Notes under the pieces: generated by a model
The model's database searches: none
What the model saw: the letters and a program-made list of their open reading frames with translations, nothing else
Told to the model about the DNA's origin: nothing
Assembly (NCBI RefSeq): GCF_036971445.1
Contig: NC_091470.1
Span: 152,892,001 to 152,956,000 of the forward strand
Source of the DNA: Narcine bancroftii
Taxonomy: Eukaryota
DNA: 64,000 nucleotides
Direction: 5' to 3'
Translations under genes and position numbers: made by a program
Shown here: piece after piece, positions 26,075 to 38,011 of the stretch
Layout: each line of letters starts with the position of its first letter
How positions within the stretch are numbered: the stretch's first letter is position 1

Positions 26075-26780
26075 TGGAATCACAGAATACTACAGCACAG
26101 AAACAGGTCCTTCATCCCATCTAATCTGAGTTGTGAAGTTCTTCACCTTGCCTCATCGACCTACATCCAGGCCAACACCTTCCATCTCCCTCCGATCCAT
26201 ACACCAAGCCAATCTTCTCGAATATTGATATCGAACACACATCCACCACCTCTGCTGTTAGATCATTTCACACTCTCTCCACCATCTGAGTGAAGAAGTT
26301 CTCCTTTCACTATTATCCTGTCCTCTAGTTCTTATCTTACCCAACCTCCGTAGAAAAAGACTGCATTTACCCAAAGTATACTCTTCTTCATTTTGTGTAC
26401 ATCCATCAAATTTCCCCTCCTCCAACGCTTGAGGGAATCTAGAATGAGCCACTTTCAAAATAAGTGTTTGTCCATTTAAGACTGAGGCACAATATTTTTC
26501 TAAGGATCACGAATCTTTGGAATTTTCTTCCTGGGGAGGGTAGGAGTTGGAAGTATTGGAATATTTTTCATAAAAAGACAGAAATGCTGGAAGAACTCGG
26601 CAGGTCTCGTAGCATTCATACGAGGTGAAGATATATAACCGATATTTTGAGCCCTGCTTCAAGGTATGAGTAAAAAGCAGACAGGCCTGCTTTTTAAGAC
26701 CGGTAGACAGATTCTTGATAAGCAAGAGGTTGAAAGGTTGAGCAGCCATAAATTTATTGAATGGTCGTAGCATCTAATGG
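26075..26780. mobile_element. Cluster of CR1 3' fragments (minus 26075-26425, plus 26440-26780) with embedded Penelope-derived short element (~26575-26690)
   Basis: CR1-type 3' motifs cacagaatactacagcacagaaacagg and ttattgaatgg...ctaatggcct; approximate. Confidence 0.5.
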
Positions 26781-26880
26781 CCTGAATATGCCCGAAATTG
26801 TTTGATCTTGGAAGCCAAGTAGGCTCAGGCCTGGTCAGTACTTGGAGGGGAGGCTGCTTAGGTACACAAGGTGCTGTGAG
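26780..26880 (+). pseudogene. 5'-truncated 5S rRNA-derived sequence (pseudogene or SINE3-type head)
   Basis: cctgaatatgcccga...tgatcttggaagccaagtaggctcaggcctggtcagtacttggagggg aggctgcttagg...ggtgctgtgagg is collinear with 5S rRNA nt ~17-117 including the internal control region; many substitutions, no adjacent poly-T terminator. Confidence 0.8.
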
Positions 26881-27759
26881 GGGCGCTGGACAAAGTGGCA
26901 ACTCCCTGTTTTATGGTAGTCAAAAGTTAAAGAATTTCATGTATAGTATTACATGGCGATAATGGAACCTCTCTGAGAGTTGTCAATGTTGTAGGATCAA
27001 AGATCTACCATTAGGTGGCACGCCAATGAAGCTGTAGCTGTAATGCTCGTCATTTGCCAGTAGATGACTCTGTACTTGTCCTTGTGGCGCCGCCCCACGG
27101 GTGGCATGCGGTATTACAAGGTTAAATCTGGCACCGCCTAGGGACAGGAGTTGTAGCCATAATTGGAGGTTTTCTACTCATCTGCACCATAGAATTGGAT
27201 CCTTGCCGATCTGTTGACAATTCTGGAGTAAAACATGACACCATGGCCGCCCTTGCAGCCGAGCTCCCAACCGCGGATCTGAGCTCCTGACACCCCAACC
27301 ACTTGCCCATCCAAACTCCCAACTGTGGGTCCTCACCCCATCCGAACCCATGGCGTCCCAGCCGACTGCCCATCCGAATTCCTGGTGTTGTGGCCACGGA
27401 CTTAACGTCTGGTACCTGCCATCAGAGCTCCCGACACCTTGAACTATCCAGGAATTTCACAAGATCAAAAGTTTGACTCGTATAAAAGTTGACCCCTCTC
27501 CTTTTTTTTGGCTTGGTCCAAAAAATTCGACAATTATGAGTATATACAGAACTTACTGCAACAGACTGCATTCATTAGAAATCAATAACGAACAGTACCA
27601 GAAGTATTCAGCAGGTCATTTAGCATCCATGAAGGAGAAACCTCACAAACATTTCAGGTCAATGACTCCCATCAAAAATGGGAAGAAGAGTTAAGTTGCA
27701 AGAAGGTTCAGTGAATGTTTGAGACAGAGCACAACCCAATATTCTCAGAGTAACCATAA

Positions 27760-28225
27760 AAACAGAAATATAATGGCAGGACTGGGCCCTCAATAATATC
27801 CTGATTGATCTTCCATCTCAAAAGCTTTTTCTGCTCTTTCCCTGTATTCCTGGAAACCTTGAGAATTACGAGTAATTAAATATATTTAGTGATCTGGCCT
27901 TCATAGCCTTCTATCGAAGACGATTCTACATGATCACCACTTTCCAAGTGAACACATCTCTCTTCACCCACCCCCCCTTCCCTCCACTAGGTCTTGCCCC
28001 GTATCCTAAGACTGCAACCCTGGGTTTTGGACCACCCTGCTCTCATCCCCACAGCCAGGGGAATCGTCCCTCTGCATCCAGTCCATCTAGCCCTGAATTA
28101 GTATGTTGCAATGAGTTTTCCTCTTATTCCTCTAAACGAGTAATTACCAGCCCAGTTGACCCAATCTCTCACCATCCCAGGAATCAGTCTTGTAAACCTT
28201 TAGTACCCTTCCTTTCTTAGAAATG
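27760..28225 (-). mobile_element. Degenerate CR1 fragment
   Basis: CR1-like 3' end motifs (gattctacatgatcaccact, catcccaggaatcagtcttgtaaacct); approximate. Confidence 0.45.
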
Positions 28226-29149
28226 ACTAAAACTGATAAATCACCATCCAATTATTTGGAAGTCTCAACAGTTTGGCATCTGGTTCATGGTTGACATTTC
28301 TCACACTGCCTTGACATTCCCCTGCTTCCCTCACAAAGGGGGATAAAGAGCTAACATTTTGGGTTACTTCTTCAGAGCCTCGTGTCTGCTACGTGGCTCT
28401 GTTTAATTTTGTCTCTCCTTTTTTCGAAAAGCATGTCATTTATCAAAGCAATTGTCTTGTGCATTGGTCCATGATGAGCTGTTTGGGTTGCTTAAAGCCT
28501 TGAGTATTAATATTTAAAAAAACAACCTCAGCCCTTATATTAGCTCACATTCCTGGTGACAACTACATTACTCATGGCTGATATTAGTAACTGGATAAGT
28601 GGTGATCTGAGAGTGAGAGTGGCCTAATCCTGTGGGTAACTTTGTTGCGAGTGAAGAATCCAAATGAATTTGAAAACTGTTCCATTAAGAAACAAAAGTT
28701 TAGTCAAAGATTCTGAAAATGTATTTTGGTACATTATAGTTATGAATCTATAAGTCAATAAAGCCATGATAACATTTAATTGTTCATTAGCGACCAGTCA
28801 TTACTTACAGGCATCGATCTCTGTAAATAATTCAATCCCACGCTCATCCATTGATACTTGATTGCTTTTTGAGAAGATCACTGCATAGTGATCAGATGCC
28901 ACAATCCTGGCTTATTTTGTTTTAAATGTACTTATGAGATCTGAGGCCAGTTTAATCTCTGAGAACTCTCCAACCAGATGACATTAACATAGACTTAAAT
29001 AAGTCCCTGATTGAGTAAGCAGTGGTGGGGTGGGGTGGGGGGGGGAGAAGCTCTATAAATGGAACCATCCCCCCTCACCCTGCTTGCTGGTAAAGAATCT
29101 CAGGGTTGTGTGTGATGTCATGTATAAGAAGAATCATAAATCTGAATTA

Positions 29150-29360
29150 CCTCCTTCCTTTGGGTCCGTGTTCCTCTCCATCTCCCCCATCCCCCCCACC
29201 ACCCCCACCCCCTCCACCCATCATGTTGTTTGAGCACCTGCCTACATTTTGTCATACCTTGATGAAGGGCACAAGCCTGAAACATTGGTTATGTCCCTGT
29301 ATCTTTGCACCTGTAAGGTACACTGTTTGACCTGCTGAGTTTCTGAGTAAAGTTTTTTGC
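29150..29360 (+). mobile_element. Penelope-derived short element with hammerhead-like motif (29253-29293)
   Basis: Pyrimidine tract, catacc-TTGATGA-agggc acaa gcct-GAAA-catt-ggttatg, then gacctgctgagtttct tail shared with many copies in the window. Confidence 0.6.
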
Positions 29361-30699
29361 TGATTTAAAGAAAAAACAGCATTATGTTTTTAGTCTCCTT
29401 TTCTTGGCCTGGCCCTGCTATTGGACACAAAACAGTGAGAGAAGCTTGGATTATACAATGTGGAGAGCTCAGAACCCCAATGTTATGGACCACTTGTCCA
29501 TGATCGTCCAATACATGAGCAAAAACATTTCTTGTTGACCCAGGAATTCTGCCTTATGATTTAATACATCTCAAGGTCATTCACATTGCACAGTTCAATT
29601 TACAGACTGATCTATTTTTGGGTTGCCGATTCTTTTGGTTTCATACCAATCGACATTTTGGCTCCTGACTGGGGAATATAAGATCTGGATTCATCTATGA
29701 TGTAGACCAGCTGAGATCAAAAAGTTAGTAGTGTTCTACCAACTGTTAAAATAATAGTGTTACTTTGAAGGCCATCAGTTCAATATCTCACCTTTTTTGT
29801 TGGAGCAGAAATAGACTATTCAGTTCATTGAGTCTTCCCTGCCACTCAATCATGAACTGTTCCATTTTTTCCACTCAGCCTCACAGCCTGGGCTTCTCCC
29901 CATGACCTTTGATGCCCTGGCTCATTGGATAAGTGCACAGGTGATGTTCCTCAGGGAACAGGGGCATTGAGTCTGCTGCACCAGTTAATAAATTGACACC
30001 ATACCTCTGCATGCCCACCTACCTATGGTAACCATGCATTGTCTTGCTTGTCAATTATCCATCTACCTCAGCCTGAAAGCCATTTATTTGCCCTTGAGTC
30101 ATGGAGCCACATGATGAGTAAGTCATGGAGCAAAGACACAGGCCCTTTAGTACCTGTGTTCACATCAACCATTAAGTTCCTATCCATACTAATCCTGATT
30201 CATAGCTTTAGTTTGCTTGTGATTCAAATGTTTACACTTTAAGTGCTGTGAGAATTCCTGCCCCCGTCACCCATTGGACTGTGCATTCCAGACCCTAAAC
30301 GCTCCTCTAAACCATTTACTGCCTCCCCTAAATCCATGCTCTTTAATATCAGATACCTCTGGAGTTGTAATCTACACCATCTAGGCCCCTCCCTCAGTCT
30401 TTTTCACCCCAAGGAAAACAAACCAGCTTCTCATCATGAGATATATTTTGGCATATTGTGGTAACTTTTTTTATATGATTATATTTGGTGTATTTTGCAC
30501 ACTGCAGCAAATGAGAATTTCATTGTGCATTAGGACAATAAACTCTCATGTTCGTACTCAAACTGACAAAAGTTTTGTTTTGCCACACCACTTTTCAGGA
30601 AGATGAGGTTAGTTTGGTGGGGAGAGAGATTGGGATGAATGGCCTTAAAAGTTCAGTGGCATTAAAACTGTGTGACTCTGCTTGTTACTGGATGAGATT

Positions 30700-31320
30700 T
30701 TCTTCAAAGCTCTGCACCTGAACTGGAAGCACATGGAGAGCATACTCAAGGCTCCAGACTAGGTTCTCAACTGACAGTACCAAGGATGTGCTGCATTTGG
30801 AGAGTTGCCAACTTTCTGAAGAGCTTTTTAAAGAGAGGTTATGGTTGATCAACTAGCTTGAATCTCTTGGCATTCTCCCAGACGAACACCTGCAAAAAAG
30901 AAAAAGGGAAGTGTACTGTGACCACATCCCTGAGGGATCCACTTGGTATTATTGTTCGGGCACCAACAATCCAAGTGTTAAAGTATTGCTTAAAAAGAAC
31001 TTGGGAGGTCCTGATGAGCTACATAGTCAATTATGTACTTTTGAAATGTGGTAGCCAAAGATCCAAAAATAATTAAGGATCAGATCATCTATTTTTGGAG
31101 TTTGATTTTGGGATGAATGAATATTGGTCGGAATGCCAGGGAGAATTTTGTTCTTCTTGAAATACTGTGGGGAAATGTCACATCCACTTGAGAGGCATGG
31201 TTTTATATGACACTGGCTTTCTCCCTCATTATACGCTTGGGTGTTGACTGGGATCTTTCTGCTCGATACAGGGGTGGAGCTGAAACCCACAGCCTGAGGC
31301 AGGATTAATATGACTGAACA
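30700..31320. mobile_element. Two old Deu-domain-like SINE remnants (plus ~30700-31030, minus ~31075-31320); similar remnants at ~10930-11160 and ~35540-35700
   Basis: Motifs resembling the DeuSINE core (gtgctgcatttggagagttgcc...; ctccctca...ggtgttgactggg...gggtggagctgaaacccacagcc); recognised by eye only. Confidence 0.4.
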
Positions 31321-31677
31321 ACGAAGAGAAATTATAACTTTGAACTTAAAACCTGTGAGCCCAATAGGTCTACAGGGGTGGAAGTGCTCCACACATGCTT
31401 CTTATTATTCTGGAGGGGATGGGGTGCAGAAGGGTGTAATGACGGCGTTGTGTAACTGACCTAGGGGTATTGGGTTGTTGACAAGTTTCAGCGGGCCAAT
31501 TTTCAATCCAATGAATGCACACAGTGTCAGAATGATTTACAAGTTCCAACTGGCGCAGTTGCTGGTAAATATAATGCACCACACGAGTGAGTCATTTATA
31601 AAGCTGCTGAGGGCCCCTTTAATAACCTTGCTCTCTCTCTCTGACTTTTGCAGATGATTTGATCCCCAGCAGTCAGC

Positions 31678-32704
31678 ATGGACAGGCCGAGCATGTTAAC
31701 CCAGGCCTCGGTGTTGCCTTTCTTTGACCCGAGTCATGCCCTCAATATGCTTCAAGGCATCAACGAGCTGCGAGTGGAGCGCAAGTTTTTCGACATGACC
31801 CTTCGGGTGGATGGCCAGGATTTTCCATGTCACCGCACCGTGTTGGCAGCAGCCAGCCACTACTTCAAGGCCATGTTTGCGGGCCGGCTAAAGGAGAGCT
31901 ACGCTGAGTGTGTTGAGCTGCACGGGGTGAAGGCCGATATCCTGGGCCTGCTGCTTGATTTCTCCTACACTGGCCAGGTGACTGTCACCCAGGGTAACGT
32001 GGAGCCCCTGGCTCGAGCTGCCGACCTCTTCCAGTTCCACTCAGTGAAGGAAGCATGCTGTGCCTACTTGGAGCGGCAGCTGGATGTGACTAACTGCCTG
32101 GAGATCCAGGAGTTCGCCGAGGCCTACTCATGCAGGAGCCTGGCAGAGAGCGCCAAAAGCTACATCCTGCGCCACATAATTGAGCTGTCTGAGGAGAAGG
32201 AGTTTGTGGCGTTGCCCCAGCGCAGGATGCTGGAGTACCTGTCCGACGACCGGCTGCATGTCGACAAAGAGGAGGTTGCCTACCAGCTGGCCCTGCGCTG
32301 GGTCAAAGCTGATCCTAAACGCCGGCTGCGCTTCTGGCCCGAGCTCTTTGAGCATGTGCGCTTGCCCTTCATCCGCCGCTTCTACCTGCTGGCCTATGTG
32401 GAGAGCGACCCGCTTGTCTACTACTCCCCTTTCTGCCTCAAGCTCATCCACCAGGCCCGCGCCTTCCAATCCTCGGAGTATGATCGGCACGACTACCCAT
32501 GTGAGAGGATGAGGGCTCGCCCTTCTACCGGCCTGGCGGAGATCCTGGTGGTGGTGGGCGGCTGCGACAAGGACTGTGACGAGCTTGTAACAGTGGATTG
32601 CTTCAACCCACAAACTGGCCAGTGGAGATACCTTGCAGAGTTCCCAGATCACCTGGCTGGTGGCTACAGCATTACTGCCTTAGGCAACGACATCTATGTA
32701 ACTG
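31678..32704 (+). CDS. KLHL21: KLHL21 first coding exon (BTB, BACK, Kelch 1)
   Basis: Acceptor at 31653, ATG 31678; [15 protein letters not shown]...[12 protein letters not shown] (BTB), [29 protein letters not shown] (KLHL21-specific); ends ACT G|gcaagt (GC donor), 1027 nt, phase 1. Confidence 0.95.
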
Positions 32705-33655
32705 GCAAGTATTTGGGGTTTATATGTGGCCCAGTCCTGTCCCAAAAAGCCTCGTGGCTCATGAGGTACTTTACTGCTCTTTCCATGGAGCCTACTGCCG
32801 TTCCAATCAGCCTCTTTGACTTGCTGTCTATTCATTTCAATGAGGGTGCCTACATTTGTAGGCTTGGAGGATCATTTTTGTCCAGGTCTGATGACTGTAG
32901 GCCAGAATTATTGCACCTAGCTCTGAGGTCATTGGTTCTGTGCAATGACTTTGCATGGCACCATTTGATGGCATCTGGACAAAATTCTACCATGTACAAA
33001 GCTACAACAACTTACTATAGGGCCTGCCGTCAACTTGACCACAATCAGAGATTCTGAGTATTATCACCCCCCCCACCCCCCCTCCACCATCTTGGCTTTC
33101 AAATGAGAAGAAATTTGTTCTATCCTTTGGTGTGCTCCTGCACAGTAGAATATCCAAAACTCTCCAAGGTCAAAGTTCAGGCTGTAGATTGGGTTTGCTG
33201 ATTATCCCAGTTTTTAATCCACAGCCGAGGCTTCCCGAATCAACAAAAACCTCTTACAAATGGGCTGTTGTGCCTCAGCTGCATCTTTCAGAGAGTTTTT
33301 CCTATAGTCCCATTCCCAGGTTCCATTGGCTTTGAGATTTCCATGACCTAATGAATGGAGAAAAACCCCCTCCTTCATTGCTCCAATTTTCATGAAAGTA
33401 AAATCTCCGAGTCTATTTGTGGAGGTAATAGAAAAAAGTTCCATCATCAGAGATGGTTAAGGAGAGATCTAGTCACCATGTTTAAAACTTGTGGAAAGTT
33501 TTGGTGTAGTAGGTGACGTGAAACTTCTGCAAGTTGAGAGGGAATAGGACATGCAATAAGGAAAATGGCAAGTGAATCAGACTGAGATGAGAATTTTTTT
33601 GTTATACAGTGAGATATTCTGCTCCAAAATATGTTGTTTTCACAGTGGGGTCAGA

Positions 33656-33816
33656 GAGTGGTTCTCAACCTTTTTAATCCACTCACATACCACCATAAAT
33701 GATCCCTTACTAACACAGAGCATCTATGGGCTTACTAGCCATAGGTCTCTGTGGCTAATAAGGGATTACCCATGGTGGTAAGTGAACAGGGGGTAAAAAA
33801 TGGTTGAGAACCACTG
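33656..33816. mobile_element. hAT-type MITE inside a CR1 remnant (~33400-33900)
   Basis: TIRs gagtggttctcaacc / ggttgagaaccactg; same family as the units at 5148-5487; no clear TSD. Confidence 0.65.
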
Positions 33817-35280
33817 GAGGAGGGAGCACATGAAATGAAGGGGTGAAGGGAGGGGATAGCAGATTAGGGGGAGGTGGGAGAATGATTTCAAGCTGTGGGC
33901 AAAATTTAGTCAAGTAGATTAGTTGGTTGCTTTCACATTCTGGGCCCAGTGGCCTTCAACACTGCGCTGATATTCTAGCCTTGATTCACTCCAATCAAAT
34001 GGTATCTACTCCAAGGCCCTTGATTCTTTTAAACCCTTTAATTCTAATCAATACCAAGCCAAGGAAGACTTCCATACTTCTTCTGCTGCTGGGTTCCTTT
34101 ATGAACCAAATGAACAGAGGTTGACAAAATAAACACAAATGGAAGAAGCATCACCCTTGGTCATCAAAAGCTACTCTGGATTTTACAAAGGTGGTTGCAG
34201 ATGTTCTTTGGTGTTTAAACTGCTGCTCCTTAGATATTTTTCTAGATTCGCAAACAAGCAAACGTGTGATGTGCTCAAGACTAAACTTATCAGCAGGGAA
34301 ACTGAGGCAGACTTTAGGTGGACAGTTTTAAATATTTCTTGATAAAACTGTTCATTGACTCAGCTGACCCGCCTTCAGGGTTTGAAAAGTTTCAGTAGTG
34401 TTTATGATGGTTGAGCAATTTTAAAAGCACAGCCAAAGTGCCAGGATACATCATTTTGGACACAAGATCTAAAAAATATAATGAAATTTTTAGTCTTCTG
34501 TGAGAAGCATTTGCACAAGTTCCATCTGAATAATTCTGCTTCTACCAGTTTTTGAGGTATGCTATATCTCATGAGAGTTGGCACTCTAGTTATTTTCAGT
34601 TCTGTTCTAAACTTGTTTTCAAGATTCAAGTGCCAACTCTGAGACACAGGATAACATTGCTGGGAAATGCTGTCCTGCAATTTCTGTGATTACGGTGTTC
34701 ACTCCACATGCAGATCGTGCTGTTATGGTTTGAGCATGTGACTGTCTTAACTACGGAGAATACAGTTTATTTTTAGTCAGCAGGCAGCCGTGAGGCACGA
34801 GGTAAATCATCTTTCAAAGGTCTGCGTCAAATTGGCTTGATTTGTTCTCAACCAGAGTTCCTGCTGTTGGTGGTTTTTTGAACTTGGTGCCAACCACTGT
34901 GCTCCTAGACGTAATCAGGGAGTTCAGAGCATAGGGAGTTTCAGGAACCCCGATAAATAAGAGCAAGAATCACAGGGATGGATTTCGGAGAAGCTGGTTT
35001 GGTTACGATGTTTCCATAGTAATGTGTTCAGGCCAACACAGAAAGAAGGCAGTGGGATGGAGAATATTTCCTTCATCCCTTTGGGCAATCCCAAATGCTT
35101 TACACACACCTGGATATTTTTTCCAAGTGTAATTAAGGAGTTGTTGCGCTAATTTTTCACACGCTCCCACCCTGAATGATGTGATTTTTTTAAAAATTGG
35201 GCCTCAATATGCTGGCTGATTGCCAAGACACTGGTTAGACCTACTTTATTTTCAAGAAGGGATCTTCTGCCCAAGAAAGG

Positions 35281-35500
35281 GGCTGGCACGGTGAGTGTAG
35301 TGGTTATTGCAACGCTGTTACAATGCCAGTGATGGGTTTGAATCCCGTGCTATTTGTACATTTCAACCCCCCCCCCCCACCCCGTCTACGTGGGTTTCCT
35401 CCTACTCTTCAAAACGCACCAGGGCTGTAGATCAATTGGATGTAATTGGGCAGTACAGGCTCATCGGCTGAAAGGCCCTGTTGCCATGGTGTATGTTAAA
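35281..35500 (+). mobile_element. tRNA-derived (V-SINE-like) SINE
   Basis: A box (gtagtggtt), B box (gggtttgaatccc), core gtgggtttcctcc, tail aattgggcagtacaggctc; relatives at ~37400-37600 (-), ~44780-44990 (+), ~58810-59075 (+). Confidence 0.65.
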
Positions 35501-35739
35501 ATAATTTTTTTAAATTAAAAATGAGTTGGTCCTTATTTTCACACCTCCTCCTGAAGGCAGATCCTCTGACAGCGTAGCACACTCTCAGTATTATACTTGT
35601 GTGTCAACTTTGAGCCTTCCCAAATGAGACCAGTGCACAAGATCGGACTCCCATGGAGTGCCACCCACTGAGCCCCAGCTGATACATGGTCCTGGGATGA
35701 GACTGTCAGATCTTCATTGTGTTTACTTTTGCTTAATAG

Positions 35740-36145
35740 GTGGTTCTGATGGGACATCTTTGTACGACTGTGTGTGGCGATACAATTCCAGTGTGAATGA
35801 GTGGACTGAGGTTTCGCCCATGTTGCAGGCCCGTGAGTACCACAGTTCCGTGGTGCTCAAGGGGCACATTTACATCCTGGCTCACAACAGCTTGGAACGT
35901 TACGATCACTCTGCTGACAGCTGGGAGGCCCTGCAGCCAATGCCGTTTCCCATGGACAACTGTTCGAGCACGGCCTGTCGGGGCAAGTTGTACACCATCG
36001 GAACCCTTGCTGGCAAGGAATCAATGGCAATTCAGTGCTACGATCCTGAGACTGATTTGTGGAGTATGGTGATGTGTAGCTCATTGCCTTCATGGTCGTT
36101 TGTGCCAAAGACAGTGACTCTCAATGGATTAATATACTTTGTCCA
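35740..36145 (+). CDS. KLHL21: KLHL21 coding exon 2 (Kelch repeats)
   Basis: ttaatag|GT GGT TCT GAT; [36 protein letters not shown]...[10 protein letters not shown]|gtaagt; 406 nt. Confidence 0.95.
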
Positions 36146-37288
36146 GTAAGTTGGAACTGAATTGTACTGCGTTGGGCATGAGACATTGTAAATGGGTGGC
36201 AATTATTGATCACTGATGTCTGCTTCTTTTAAATATGTACCAGCCCTGCCTCTTTCATAGAAATGTTCTGCACAGCAGGACATCATGTAATCCATTGCAC
36301 CTTCTGCTCCCACCACACCTTCCAGCAATATCTTCCACATCTTGATTACTTGTCCTTGAATAAAAGTATGTCACTCCATGCTGCTCATCCTAGGGTAGAA
36401 ACAGACCTGCTGTTTCCGACACACAGCACGACACTGTACATAAACAAGCAAGTCTGAGAGGGCCATAAGCAAGAAATTTCTGTTAAACAATCATGTTGCT
36501 TATTGCACAAATGCTGATTTGGATCAATGTTTTTTTCACCACCTTCCCATCTTCTGGGTTGGTTTCAGTTAGACAAGCGTGGGTTTGAATGTGCACAAGC
36601 AGGGGTATTGGGTTTTGAATTGTGAGGAGTGGGCACTGGGAATGTGGAATTACACCCAAGCCTGATCTCCATATTGGAAGGTGCATCTGAAGAAGTGTTT
36701 ACCCTTGCCTTGAGATCACTGTATTGAGACCAGTTGACACCACCTGGGCAGATCATAGATAGCCTGAATATGTAGAACGTCCTGCATTTACTGATTGGGA
36801 GAACAGCTCTCAATTAGTGCCTCTTAAACTAAAAGATAGAAGTTTTAAAGTTATTCAAAATGTTTCAACATGAATAAATTTGATTCCTAATTTCAATACT
36901 AAGATTTGTTGTTATGAACATGATAATGGATATTGCATTTCATGATTAATTGAAGCCCAAAGTTTGTTCTGAGCCAATATTAATCCCTCAACAAACATCA
37001 CTAACTTGGTTTAATTATACTATTGGTGGAAACTTCTTGAGAGCAATTGGCTGCTACATTAATGTCTCTATTTTGCAACTATGTTCTATTAAGTGGTATT
37101 CTTAAGAATGTGGAAAGTGCCAAATAAATCCAAGATCTGGAAGGCTAAGAACAAGTTTGTGTTGGATAGTTTCTTATTTGGGTTGTATATACGTGGACAC
37201 TCATTCTATGGGAATGGTACTCGTGTAGATTTGGGGATCTTGGCTGATTGTTAATTGTTTTTATTGAAGACTTTTATTTTCTCCTCAG

Positions 37289-37361
37289 GGATGATTCTCC
37301 AGAGATTGACGTGTATAACCCAACAAAGAATGAATGGGGCAAGATACCACCCATGAATCAG
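37289..37361 (+). CDS. KLHL21: KLHL21 coding exon 3
   Basis: ctcctcag|G GAT GAT...AAT CAG|gtacag; [24 protein letters not shown]; 73 nt. Confidence 0.93.
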
Positions 37362-37699
37362 GTACAGTTGGAGCAGGAGCCGGTGTGCAATGAAGTATTT
37401 ATTTAGACATACAGCGCAGTAACAGGCTATTTCGGCCCACAAGTCCATGCTGCTCAATTTACCCCTGGTACGATTTTGAACAGTAAGAGGAAGCCAGAGC
37501 CCCCGGAGAAAATCCACAGTCACGAGGACAACAAACTCCTTAATGACAGTGCGGATTCAAACCCAGTCTGATCCCGATCGCTAGCTATGCCCAACGTGTC
37601 ACCTGTATGTAGTGGCTGAATTATTGCAATTCCCTACATGTTTTGTGCAACTTTGCATTTCCTGTGTTGAACATGCTCAATCTTATTTTTTTTTCCCAG

Positions 37700-38011
37700 G
37701 TCCACGTTGGGGGAAGTGTGGCTGCTCTGGGGGAAAAGATGGTCGTCTCTGGGGGTTACGATAACACCTTTGAATTATCTGATGTAATTGAGGCCTTCGA
37801 CTTTCAGACTGGCTCCTGGAGCATTGTGGGCCATCTTCCCCAACCTACCTTCTGGCATGGGTCTGTCAGCATCTTCCGGCAGTTCATGCCCACTGCCCGG
37901 AACACCTTTGAAGGATCCACCAATGTCAACCATAACAATGAAATAAACAATCTAAACCTAGCCCGGTATCGAAGGCAGCTTCACAATGAAAACCTCCGCC
38001 ATTTGCACTGA
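37700..38011 (+). CDS. KLHL21: KLHL21 coding exon 4 (last Kelch repeat, stop)
   Basis: ttttcccag|GTC CAC; [34 protein letters not shown]...[14 protein letters not shown]...HLH*. Confidence 0.95.
   Translation, partial: VHVGGSVAALGEKMVVSGGYDNTFELSDVIEAFDFQTGSWSIVGHLPQPTFWHGSVSIFRQFMPTARNTFEGSTNVNHNNEINNLNLARYRRQLHNENLRHLH

Noticed and set aside
26780-26880. Functional 5S rRNA gene
   Set aside because: 5' end missing, many substitutions, no terminator, not in an array.
32705-33057. C-terminal part of the 459-aa ORF as true KLHL21 sequence
   Set aside because: Similarity stops at DIYVTG; this is intron read-through past the GC donor.
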